64,000 nucleotides of DNA from Thecamonas trahens ATCC 50062 (taxonomy: Eukaryota > Protista > Apusomonadida). This document shows, one piece after another, positions 20,757 through 29,996 of the stretch (within the stretch, counting starts at the first letter, position 1; every line of letters starts with the position of its first letter). A model generated the notes under the pieces. That model was not told the origin of the DNA. It made no database searches and was given only the letters and a program-made list of their open reading frames with translations. The stretch is taken from NCBI RefSeq assembly GCF_000142905.1, contig NW_013657660.1, positions 461,315 through 525,314 on the forward strand, given 5' to 3'. The position numbers and the translations under genes were made by a program.

Positions 20757-22580
20757 TTACTTGCCGCTGCGGGGCGGGTAGCGTGCCGAGATGCCGAGTT
20801 CGCGCAGGGCGCGCTCTGCAGCTTTGGCGCCCGCGGCGATCTTGGACTTGTCGGCATCAAACTGCGACGAGACGTAGGGGCTGCCGGTGGCGGAGACCGG
20901 GCGAGCACATTTTGCGGTGGCGATGCTGTTGGCGTACTTGTTGAGGTAGTAGAGGTTGCGCATGGAGATGGCGCCCTGATTAACACGCGTGGCGAGTGTC
21001 ATGAGCTCGTCGACCGAGACGTGGAGGTAGATGGAGCAGTATGGGCTTGAGGAAAAGTAGAGGACGTAGCGGTAGACGTCGTCGTTGTACTTTTGCCGGG
21101 CGGTGATGCCGGAGCAGATGACCCTGCCTGAGTCTGCGCGATCGACACGGGCGTCCATGCGGATGGTGGGCCAGTAAAGGATGTCGTGCTCGATGGGTTT
21201 GAACATAGGGTCCGCACGACGAGCGGCCGAGCGCCAGATGATGTCCTCGGCCGAGTCTGGGAGGGCGTCGCGGTCGTGCCAGGTGATACGGCGGACGATG
21301 TAGTTGAGCTCAAAGATGTCGACGGCACCGGTGGAGCAGAGCGAGATGATGGTGGCGGCCTCTTCGCGGGTGAGCCAGGCGCGGAAGTGGATACCCTGGG
21401 AACGAATCCGGACCCGCCAGTGGTACCACTTGGGGTTGTGCGGGTGGACGCGCGAGATGTACCGGATGTCGCCGCGGATGAGGTAGCCTGTGGGGATGCG
21501 GAGGCCGGCGATGACATTATCGTCCGACTCGGGCACTTCGTCGCGATCGTCACGGCCGACCGAGAGGCCGAGGGTGCGACGGGCGGCAAACTTGTTGGCC
21601 ATGTCCTCGTAAAAATCATCCTCGCGGCCGTCGTACTCTTCCAGCCGCGGCAGGTCCGAGTACGACGGAAAGTTGAGGGAGAGCTTCTCAACCTGGCCGC
21701 CGTAGCTGGCCGGCCGCTTGCGTGGGCGTTCCAGCGAGCGACGGTCGATAACCTGTGGCTTTGGCTCGAGCTCGGGCGTCATGTCGACAACACCGGCCGA
21801 TGGGCCGCGGTTGGACATTACAGCTGCCATGGCCATAGCCATCGTGTCACCAGCATCCGAGTCAGAGTCTGAATTGGTGTCCGAGGCCGACGCCGAGCCA
21901 GATGCCGAGCTAGAGCCTGTGCCGAAGAGCGAGTTGGACGAGGCAGATCCCGAGAGATTGTCTGGGATGACAAAGACCGGGCGGGCCGCAGCGAGCGGCT
22001 TCTGCTTCTTGGTCGCCGATGACGACAGCGAACTCGTGCTCCGCTTCCGCTTGGTCGATGTCGCGGACTTGACCGATTTGGCGGATGATGCAAGGATGCT
22101 GTCAATCTCCTTGGTCTTGTCCTTGGTTTTGGCCTTGGTCTCGGGCATGGCCTTGGGCCGAGGCTTCATGTCGCTTTGCGCCGATGCGGCCCTGTCCGAG
22201 GCTGATGTCTTGATCACGGGCAACTCGTGCTTGGCCTTGTTCTTGGCCTTGGCCTTGGACTTGTCCTTGGCCTTGGTCGTAGACAGTCCATCGATCTGCG
22301 CCGATGTGGCCATGTCCGAGCTCGACGCCTTGATCGCAGGCACCTTGCCCTTGCTCTTGCTCTTGCTCTTGTCCTTGGATTTAGCCTTGTCCTTCCCCTT
22401 CCCCTTGCCCTTGCCCTTCCCCTTGCCCTTCTCCATCTGGTCACTCTGCTCCGACGTCACCACCACCTCCTTGTCCTTGCTCTTGCTCTTGCTCTTCGCC
22501 TTGTCCTTCCCCTTCCCCTTCCCCTTCCCCTTCCCCTTGTCCTTCCCTTTGTCCTTGCTCTTGCTCTTTCCCTTCCCCAT
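20757..22580 (-). CDS. Orphan protein with Lys-rich (KGKGKD/KSK) N-terminus and aromatic-rich C-terminal domain
   Basis: 607-aa ATG-TAA ORF with host-like codon usage. No family recognised. Confidence 0.72.
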   Translation of the reverse strand: MGKGKSKSKDKGKDKGKGKGKGKGKDKAKSKSKSKDKEVVVTSEQSDQMEKGKGKGKGKGKGKDKAKSKDKSKSKSKGKVPAIKASSSDMATSAQIDGLSTTKAKDKSKAKAKNKAKHELPVIKTSASDRAASAQSDMKPRPKAMPETKAKTKDKTKEIDSILASSAKSVKSATSTKRKRSTSSLSSSATKKQKPLAAARPVFVIPDNLSGSASSNSLFGTGSSSASGSASASDTNSDSDSDAGDTMAMAMAAVMSNRGPSAGVVDMTPELEPKPQVIDRRSLERPRKRPASYGGQVEKLSLNFPSYSDLPRLEEYDGREDDFYEDMANKFAARRTLGLSVGRDDRDEVPESDDNVIAGLRIPTGYLIRGDIRYISRVHPHNPKWYHWRVRIRSQGIHFRAWLTREEAATIISLCSTGAVDIFELNYIVRRITWHDRDALPDSAEDIIWRSAARRADPMFKPIEHDILYWPTIRMDARVDRADSGRVICSGITARQKYNDDVYRYVLYFSSSPYCSIYLHVSVDELMTLATRVNQGAISMRNLYYLNKYANSIATAKCARPVSATGSPYVSSQFDADKSKIAAGAKAAERALRELGISARYPPRSGK

Positions 22581-23119
22581 ACTCTCTACTTGACCACCAA
22601 TCTGTATCAGTCACAGTCAAGTGCTCGACCTTCCCTGTGCCCCCGCTCCATCACTGACTCAACTCCTGTCAGATGGATGGATCCTCTGGGGACGGCCAGA
22701 AGCGGCCCTACCGTCACAGTGTCACATCGCCACATCGCCGCTATCTTACTCACAGCTGGCGATTATAGATGGTCGCACGTGTTGATCGCGTGTATTTTAC
22801 AACGTTTGTCCGCAGCAAACCTGGAATCGTGAGGAGAGGCACTGGCGGCAGAGCGCGGGTGTAGAGCGACGGTACGGAGAGATCGCGTGTGTTCCATGTG
22901 GGTTAGCAGGAACGTCAGAACAATTGAGGCTGCGAGTTCAGTGCACGGGTCATGCATGCCTTGGTCGTGCCCGGCCGATTGCGGCCGCACTCGAGGTGGC
23001 GTTCGATGGGGCGATGGCTGTGTCCTGATCTCTGCAGGACACGCCACGTGCAACATTGCACGCGACGAGGAATCCAGCTCTGCGTACGCTATACGTTCAG
23101 AGACGGGGATGCGTGCATG

Positions 23120-23713
23120 TCAAGACGCCACATCGCCCGAGAACTCTGACGAGTCCGAGTCCGAGTCCGAGGCCGAATCAACGTGCGGGCTTGGGGACGG
23201 CCGCGCGGCCTGGGAAGCACCAGAGCAGGCTGGTGAATCAAGCGAAAGAGATGATGGAGGAGAGACGACTGCGCCGTAGACCATCAGCGAGTAGAGGGTG
23301 ATGCGGCCGTAAAAGTCTGACGATCCGGCAAAGACGATGCGGAGCGAGTGAGCGGCGATGGGCAGCGGTGACGGGAGCGAGATGATCTGCGAGTCGTTTG
23401 AGTCTGATAGAACGATTTGAGCATTTTCCACAGCATGGCCATCAACAACAACAGTAACGTCACGACCAACGAAACCGCCTTGAAAAACAAGCTCGATGCG
23501 CGAGAGAGCGAGCTTCCCGCCGTCGCCCATCAGACTCGCCTCGATCCATTGCGGCGAACCTGGGCCCGAGTTCCAGCACGAGTCTGGAGCACCGTCTACG
23601 GCCTTTTCTACACCATATGCCACCACGTTCCGCTCCAATGTCGACGACGCTCGGAGCGAGACCCATGTCGAAGCTGCGGCCTCGTTCTCGCCCAGCAGGA
23701 GAGAATCGTCCAT
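23120..23713 (-). CDS. NR2C2AP: Nuclear receptor 2C2-associated protein (TRA16; galactose-binding-like fold)
   Basis: RASSTLERNVVAYG...DG..DSCWNSGPGSPQWI, FQGGFVG, DSNDSQ, LRIVFAGSSDFYGRITLYSL. ATG at 23713. Confidence 0.92.
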   Translation of the reverse strand: MDDSLLLGENEAAASTWVSLRASSTLERNVVAYGVEKAVDGAPDSCWNSGPGSPQWIEASLMGDGGKLALSRIELVFQGGFVGRDVTVVVDGHAVENAQIVLSDSNDSQIISLPSPLPIAAHSLRIVFAGSSDFYGRITLYSLMVYGAVVSPPSSLSLDSPACSGASQAARPSPSPHVDSASDSDSDSSEFSGDVAS

Positions 23714-24042
23714 TTGAGTATCGCGAGCGGTGTTGGCCGTCTCGCCGCCGTCCGGCCGCCGTCGTTGAGAGGCAGACAGCGGGCGATTTGGCATTGGCTG
23801 TGCACCTCCCTCTTCCTCGCTCAGCCCTCTCTCTCTCTCTCTCCCTCCTCCTTCCTCCCGGGTGTCGAAAAAAAACNNNNNNNNNNNNNNNNNNNNNNNN
23901 NNNNNNNNNNNNNNNNNNNNNNNNNNNNNNNNNNNNNNNNNNNNNNNNNNNNNNNNNNNNNNNNNNNNNNNNNNNNNNNNNNNNNNNNNNNNNNNNNNNN
24001 NNNNNNNNNNNNNNNNNNNNNNNNNNNNNNNNNNNATGTCAT

Positions 24043-24190
24043 CCCATCTACGATCCTGTCTACGATCCTGTCTACGATCCCATCTACGATCCTGTCTACG
24101 ATCCCATCTACGATCCTGTCTACGATCCTGTCTACGATCCCATCTACGATCCTGTCTACGATCCTGTCTAGACCCCATCTACGATCCGAT
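24043..24190. repeat. 12-bp tandem repeat with two variants, CTACGATCCTGT / CTACGATCCCAT
   Basis: About 12 units next to the N-gap 23877-24035, in the divergent intergenic region. Confidence 0.95.
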
Positions 24191-24424
24191 CCCGTCTGCG
24201 ATCCCTAACCCCATCTTCCTTCTACATCCCCATCATATCCCTATCTCCCTTCTCCATCCCCTCTACCATCCCTATCCCCATGCCCTTTACAATCCGCATT
24301 CCCTTCTCCGCCCTCCCCTCTCCCCTCTCCCCCTCCCCCAGGCCTCTTCCCCGGCCCAGCCACCACCTCACCCCCTCCCCCCTCCCCCCCTCCCTCCCCC
24401 CCCCCCCCCCTTCTCTGCTTGACC

Positions 24425-25633
24425 ATGGCTGTTCCCTTCTCGGCAGCCGACCTCACCTCGGCTGCCTCTGCTCTCAATGCGGTGACGGCGAGAACGATGA
24501 GTACAAGTAGTGGCGGTGATGCGAGCGCAGGGGAGTCGGGCAATGCGGCAAAGTTGGAAAAAGTATGGGAAAAGGTCCGAGAGGTCGATGCTGAGGCTTG
24601 GCTGGCTACTTTTGATGGACATACACCAAGATCGATCACTGTTCCGCTCTCAAGAGAGGCTGCTCTCGCTCTGCGAGATGCTCGGAATGCGAGTGAGGAC
24701 GAGCTGGTCGGCCAAGAGGTTCTCGCAGAGCTCGCCGCCGAGATCGATGCTGCTTGCGAAGCGCTGGGCACCCGCGAGGTCTTTGTCAAGGCCTCGTCGC
24801 GCTCGCCAAAGGATGCTACTCTGGCCACCGAGCAGCTGCTTGCCGATGCCTGGCAGCTGCTCGGCTCCAGAGACTATGCCGAGAGCACGGGCGTGTTGCT
24901 GGTGGGCACGCCCGGCAGCGGCGGTGCGGATGATCTCGAGCTGCGCAACGAGGTGGACAACGCCATTGTCGCGGCATTGCTCCAGGGTGCGGTGACGTCG
25001 ATGAAGGTGACGAGTGGCGCTGCGGCGCTGGCGCTCCTTGCGGCTTCAGAGCGCATCGCCGAGGACATCCAGCTCGAGCTCGACGTGGCCAGTGCCCGGA
25101 CCGGCGACTTTTCCATGGGCGTCATTGTCCGTGAATTTGTGCCGATGCAGGCCCACCTCGAGTTCCGCGGCTTTGTGGTCGACGGCCATCTCACCGCGCT
25201 CTCGCAGTACAACCATGTGGTGTGCTACCCGGCTGTTGTGGCCGACGCTGACATGTACCGCGACGTCATCGTCGACTTTTACAACGACGTCATCCGCGAC
25301 AAGCTCGTTGCTGCTGGCTTTACCTCTGTCGTCATCGACTTTGCCCTCGTCCCCAACCCCAACATTGCCGATTTTGGCGCAGAGCCGTTTGACGTCCTCG
25401 TTATCGAGCTCAACCCGTACCGCAGCTACGAGGGCAATGGGACCGATGCCTGCCTCTTTGACTGGTCCGCTGATCGCGGCGTTCTTGAGCCGGACGCACC
25501 TCCTGCTGGGCCTGACGACGTCGCCTTTCGCGTCCGGTCGGCCGCTCTTCCCAATGTCGCTGCCACCCTCAATGTCTCGGCGAGCGAGCTCGTCGCCGCC
25601 ATCCGCAACCAGCTCCTCTCCTGCCCGCGCTGA
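24425..25633 (+). CDS. Cdc123/D123-like ATP-grasp protein (R2K clade, not canonical Cdc123)
   Basis: FVKASSRSPKDA, REFVPMQAHLEFRGFV, LTALSQY, VVIDFA, VIELNPY...TDACLFDW. Lacks the PKLNWSAPKD of true Cdc123. Confidence 0.85.
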   Translation: MAVPFSAADLTSAASALNAVTARTMSTSSGGDASAGESGNAAKLEKVWEKVREVDAEAWLATFDGHTPRSITVPLSREAALALRDARNASEDELVGQEVLAELAAEIDAACEALGTREVFVKASSRSPKDATLATEQLLADAWQLLGSRDYAESTGVLLVGTPGSGGADDLELRNEVDNAIVAALLQGAVTSMKVTSGAAALALLAASERIAEDIQLELDVASARTGDFSMGVIVREFVPMQAHLEFRGFVVDGHLTALSQYNHVVCYPAVVADADMYRDVIVDFYNDVIRDKLVAAGFTSVVIDFALVPNPNIADFGAEPFDVLVIELNPYRSYEGNGTDACLFDWSADRGVLEPDAPPAGPDDVAFRVRSAALPNVAATLNVSASELVAAIRNQLLSCPR

Positions 25634-25677
25634 CGCGTTGGAGCAAGTAAACATCTCTGCAACACCGGCGGGCGCAC

Positions 25678-28600
25678 TCACGACGAGGAGGGCGGCGGCG
25701 AGGAAAGAGCTTCGGCGGCGGCGGCGATGCTCAAGCCACCTTCGCTCGCCGATGGCTTGGCCGCAGCACGGCGATGTGAGCGAATGACGAGCTGGAAGGC
25801 CTGAATCCACTCGTACATCTCGACGCCATTCGACGCGTACAGGCGGATCAGCACGTCTGGCGTCTGGATCGAGAACCCGTGCGACGGCTTGGAGCCGGGC
25901 TCGTGGCCGATGAGGTGCAGGATGTGTGCGCAGCGCACCGTGTGCTTGGCCTTGGTCGCGCTCTCCTTCTTTCGGACCACAAACGAGTGAGGGGTGAGGA
26001 CGCAGTATCGCACCACCACCGACGACGACGAGCCGGCCGTCGCCGAGTTGATCAGCAGCGGCGCGCCTGTGGCAAACTTGAGCTGGCCCTCCAGCACCAC
26101 CAGCTCGGTGGAGGTTACATCGAGCCCATCGGCTGCTCCAGACTCAGCCAGCAGCGAGTCGTCCTGCAGGCCGGACGAAAATGAGATAAGACGCGACCGC
26201 GAGTTGGAGCCGACACCACCCGACGATATGAGCGAGTTGAGCATGGTCACCCACGACTTGACCGTCGCGGCCTGGTCGTCGCCGTCGCCTGCAGGGTAAA
26301 AGTAGTACGTCCGCGTGATGGTCTCGAGCACAATGCACGTCTCGCCACGCCGCGCCTCGTCCGACGTTCCCACCGCGCGCATGGCCGAGACAAAAATGGA
26401 GCCCTTGGGATCCTTGCCCTTCTTTGTGGCGTACGTCAGCGCCCGCGAGGTGAGCACAAACCAGCGCTTCTTCCAGCTCTTCCGCCCACCGCGTCCGCCG
26501 CCTTGCTTGACCATGAATCCAAAGAGCATTGTTCGCTCTGCGGCCACAACGTCCCATTCACGGACCATGCCAAACTTGGACCCGCGCTTGGCCGCCACGC
26601 TTGCTCGCTTCGACGCAATCGCGGCCTCGGTCACCGCCCGTCCCGGTCGGACCTTGATCACAGGCAGCGACTCTGGTTGCGGCTTGGACTCAAACGACGA
26701 AGCCGTCTGCTCGCCGGTGCCTGACGCCAAACCCTCCCGGGACCGAGCGCCAGCCCCATGGTCCGACTCCGACCTGGCTTCAACTGCGCGTCCAAAGTCG
26801 CGAGACGGTGCCACAGAAGCGGTCGTCGAAGCGCGCATTCGCGCAAGCAGAGATCCACCCGGCACGTGCTGGTGTGCGTTGGTCTCACCGAGCTGCACCG
26901 ACGTTTGCGACGACGGGCGCGGCGGCAACTCTCGCTTCTCGCGCCCGCTTCTCTTGCGGACAGGCACGGCCGGTTTGGCGGGTTGTGTCAGATGCGGCTG
27001 TTGCGGCTGCGGCAGCGGTGGCGGCGGTGGCGGCGAGCATGCCACGCCGGGCTCTAGTGACGATTGCATGTCGGGCATCGGCGGTGGCAGCGGCATGTCC
27101 ACCATCTCGGGCTCGGACTGGGGCTGAGGCGCTGTCTCCACACCCAGTGCATTCGACTCGGGCGAGGTCAGGGACAACGACTCGTCCGCAATCGCCACGC
27201 CCAGCGGCGAGCTCGGCGATCCGCTCATGACCGCTTGCCAGAGCGGCGAGTCCTCGGTCCCGTCCGGCGACATGATGAACGAGGCGAGGGCGTCAACGTC
27301 GACGTCGACACCGCTAGCCGAGCCCGACTGTGTGCCCACATTGGGCGCCGAAACAGGGAGCGAGGCATACTCGTCGAGGCCGAGGTCGGCGTCGATCTGG
27401 TCCAGCTCGGCCTGGACCTCGGGGCTTGCCAGCATACTCATTGAGACCGACGACGCCATCGAGTCGGCTGACGGCGACTGCGGTTCAAGAAGGGCGGCCA
27501 GCTCGGCATCACCGAGCGCCTCCATCTCGTCGGGTGGCAACGGTGGCGTTGGCAGCAGCGTCGCACTCACTGCCGCCGCGCCGGCCGCACCTGCGGCGGC
27601 GCTCGCAGCTGTCACTGCGGCCGGCGAGTACGCATCCAGGTCAGGTGGCGGTGGCGAGCTTGGCTCCAGCTTGGACTCATGCTCGGGGCTCGGCTCAGGC
27701 TCGGCGCCGCATGTATCGTCCGCCACGAGCAGCTCACTGGCGGACACACCCAGCAGATCTGCCGCCAGGTCGATGGCCTCGGCCACGTTGTCCGATAGCC
27801 GGCTCGCCAGTGGTGTTGTTGGCAGCAGTGCAGCCTCACGGCCAAGCAGCTCGTGGCCGAGTCGCCAGGCCTCAGTAATCTCGTCGCTGCGAAAGTCTGT
27901 CATACGGACCTGCGCTCCACGCGCAGCCTCGCATTCGAGTGCTTCTTCCACGACTTGCGTCGCGGGCAGGCTCGCAGTGTTGCGGACGACCCCGGTCTCG
28001 GTCTCGGCCACAGTCTTGGCCTCGGTCCCGGCCTCAGTCTCGGTCTCGGCCTCAGTCTCGGTCTCAGCCGCAGTCTCAGTCTCATACTTGGTCACATTCT
28101 CGGCCTGGATCTCGGTCTCGATCTCAGCCTCAGTCTCGGCCTCAGCCTCAGCCCCGGCCTCGGCCCCGGCCTCGGCCCCGGCCTCGGTCGACTCGGTCAC
28201 AGGAGCCATGTTGCCGGCGGCTGGATGCTGCGCAATCGCCAGGTCGAGATTGTCGAGAGCAACCGAGTTCCGAGGCGCCACCTCGCGGAGCGCCAGGACT
28301 ACATCGTCGTCGGACGAGATGGTCATAAGGGCCGCAGAGCCTGCAAAGTGGTCGACGTCGCCCGCCTGCGGCTCGACGCTAGTGGCGTCCGAGTCAGCAG
28401 AGCCTGCCGAGGCGACGTCCTCGGTGACAGGGGACGAGCCTCCAAAAGCGGTGTCGCGCCGCTCAAAGGCAAAGGTGGAGAACCGCTTCTGATTGCGGAT
28501 GAGGTCGGCGACCCGGTGCGTGGCTTCCGACTTGGCAGCGACCGGCGGCGGCGATTTCATGTCAGGCATGTCGGTCACGAGCTCTGCAGAGGCCGGAACC

Positions 28601-29787
28601 GGGGTAGCGGTTTCGGCGACGTGGGCGGACCAGGCGGGCGAGCCGGCGACAGCGGACTCGACAACCGGCGCGGACCGAGCCGTGTTGGCGGTGGAAATGG
28701 TCCGCGAGCGGCGGGTCGACTTGCGGCGGCGGACTGTGGGTGAGCCGGAAACACGTGCGGCGATCTCGGCAGCTTCGGACTCGCGGCGGCGGCGCGAGCG
28801 ACGAAGCGCGCGCTGCAGACGGCGCTCGTGGCGCTCGATCTCATATGGCTCGCCAAAGACTTCGCGGAAGGCAGTCTTGAACTCTGCAACCCGCTCCTCA
28901 TGGGTCCGCAAGTCCTCGACAATGGGCTCGGGCATGGGCGCCTTGGTGGCAAACATGTCGACAAGCATGGTGATGTCTTTTTCGACGTCGAGCGCCTCGT
29001 ACTTGGCCGAGAGGGCGAGCGTGTGCGTGCTGACATCCGAGTTGGTGGGGTGGTAGGCTCGAAAGACGGTGCGGAGGCCAGCGCGGAGAACATTAAGCCG
29101 CTGGCGCTCCGAGATCTCGGCCTCCTGCATCGCCGCCGTCAGGCCCGGCAGATACTCGTCAGCCTGAAAGGCGTTAAAGTCCTCTATGGCATCGCGAAAG
29201 GCGGCGCGGGCCGACGACTCGCGCTGGGCAGCTTTCTTCGCTACCACGATCTGGCGGGCGATGACAGCCTCCTTCTCTCCGACGCTCATGGCCTGCAGCG
29301 CCTTCTTTTCTGCCACACACGACGCCGATGCCGCGTTGTACTCTGCCCGAGTCCGAGCCATCCGCTCCTTTCGCAGCTCATGCTCGCGCTCGAGCGAAGC
29401 AACGCGGGATGAAAGATGCTTGACAGTTGGGCCAAAGTCCCGGATCGAGTCTGTGAGCATAGGCAGAGACTTTGCCGTCAATCGCTCTGCAATAGCGCCA
29501 TGCATCTCGGCGACGATCATGAGATGATTGAGGACCGAAAAGTAGGTTTGCGGCACCGTTCCTTGTGCTGCAGTGGCCCATCGAACGAGACGACGATCAG
29601 AGAGAGCCGAGCGGACGACTTTGGTCAACGACTTGGCATATTCATCTTCAATGCTAGCCACAGTCTTGAACACCTCCAGCACATCCTTTGAAAACTTGTG
29701 ACCACCTTCCAAGTGCCCGACCACAGCCGGTCCCGCGTCCCACAGCTTTCGCCCAAACGCCTCTCCCATGACTTCTACACTTGCCAT
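25678..29787 (-). CDS. F-BAR (FCH) domain protein with long disordered middle and two C-terminal PH domains
   Basis: N-terminal FGRKLWDAG...FKTVASIEDEYAKSLTKV...EISERQRL. PH1 FGFMVKQGGGRGGRKSWKKRWFVL...KGSI...RTYYF...WV. PH2 EGQLKF...RYCVL...FSIQTPD..IRLYASN..EMYEWI. Confidence 0.85.
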   Translation of the reverse strand: MASVEVMGEAFGRKLWDAGPAVVGHLEGGHKFSKDVLEVFKTVASIEDEYAKSLTKVVRSALSDRRLVRWATAAQGTVPQTYFSVLNHLMIVAEMHGAIAERLTAKSLPMLTDSIRDFGPTVKHLSSRVASLEREHELRKERMARTRAEYNAASASCVAEKKALQAMSVGEKEAVIARQIVVAKKAAQRESSARAAFRDAIEDFNAFQADEYLPGLTAAMQEAEISERQRLNVLRAGLRTVFRAYHPTNSDVSTHTLALSAKYEALDVEKDITMLVDMFATKAPMPEPIVEDLRTHEERVAEFKTAFREVFGEPYEIERHERRLQRALRRSRRRRESEAAEIAARVSGSPTVRRRKSTRRSRTISTANTARSAPVVESAVAGSPAWSAHVAETATPVPASAELVTDMPDMKSPPPVAAKSEATHRVADLIRNQKRFSTFAFERRDTAFGGSSPVTEDVASAGSADSDATSVEPQAGDVDHFAGSAALMTISSDDDVVLALREVAPRNSVALDNLDLAIAQHPAAGNMAPVTESTEAGAEAGAEAGAEAEAETEAEIETEIQAENVTKYETETAAETETEAETETEAGTEAKTVAETETGVVRNTASLPATQVVEEALECEAARGAQVRMTDFRSDEITEAWRLGHELLGREAALLPTTPLASRLSDNVAEAIDLAADLLGVSASELLVADDTCGAEPEPSPEHESKLEPSSPPPPDLDAYSPAAVTAASAAAGAAGAAAVSATLLPTPPLPPDEMEALGDAELAALLEPQSPSADSMASSVSMSMLASPEVQAELDQIDADLGLDEYASLPVSAPNVGTQSGSASGVDVDVDALASFIMSPDGTEDSPLWQAVMSGSPSSPLGVAIADESLSLTSPESNALGVETAPQPQSEPEMVDMPLPPPMPDMQSSLEPGVACSPPPPPPLPQPQQPHLTQPAKPAVPVRKRSGREKRELPPRPSSQTSVQLGETNAHQHVPGGSLLARMRASTTASVAPSRDFGRAVEARSESDHGAGARSREGLASGTGEQTASSFESKPQPESLPVIKVRPGRAVTEAAIASKRASVAAKRGSKFGMVREWDVVAAERTMLFGFMVKQGGGRGGRKSWKKRWFVLTSRALTYATKKGKDPKGSIFVSAMRAVGTSDEARRGETCIVLETITRTYYFYPAGDGDDQAATVKSWVTMLNSLISSGGVGSNSRSRLISFSSGLQDDSLLAESGAADGLDVTSTELVVLEGQLKFATGAPLLINSATAGSSSSVVVRYCVLTPHSFVVRKKESATKAKHTVRCAHILHLIGHEPGSKPSHGFSIQTPDVLIRLYASNGVEMYEWIQAFQLVIRSHRRAAAKPSASEGGLSIAAAAEALSSPPPSSS

Positions 29788-29996
29788 ACTCGCCTCTTTG
29801 GTATGTTGTTCTTGATGGCAAGTCGTGGCTGTCGTTGTGCTAAGACGGGGTGAGGTGTGTAGCCTCCCGTCGCCTGCCTGTCATGCTTGGACGGCGAGGG
29901 AGGAGGGGGGTGGCCTGGGGTTGGGCCGCCAGACGCCAGCCGCCGGCCGCCGGCCGCCAGCCGACGAACGGCTGACGGTTGGCGCATGTGTGGCGA

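Noticed and set aside
24043-24190. Possible CRISPR array or coding repeat (YDPV / RQDRRWD)
   Set aside because: No unique spacers, eukaryotic context, and translations are simple repeat artefacts.
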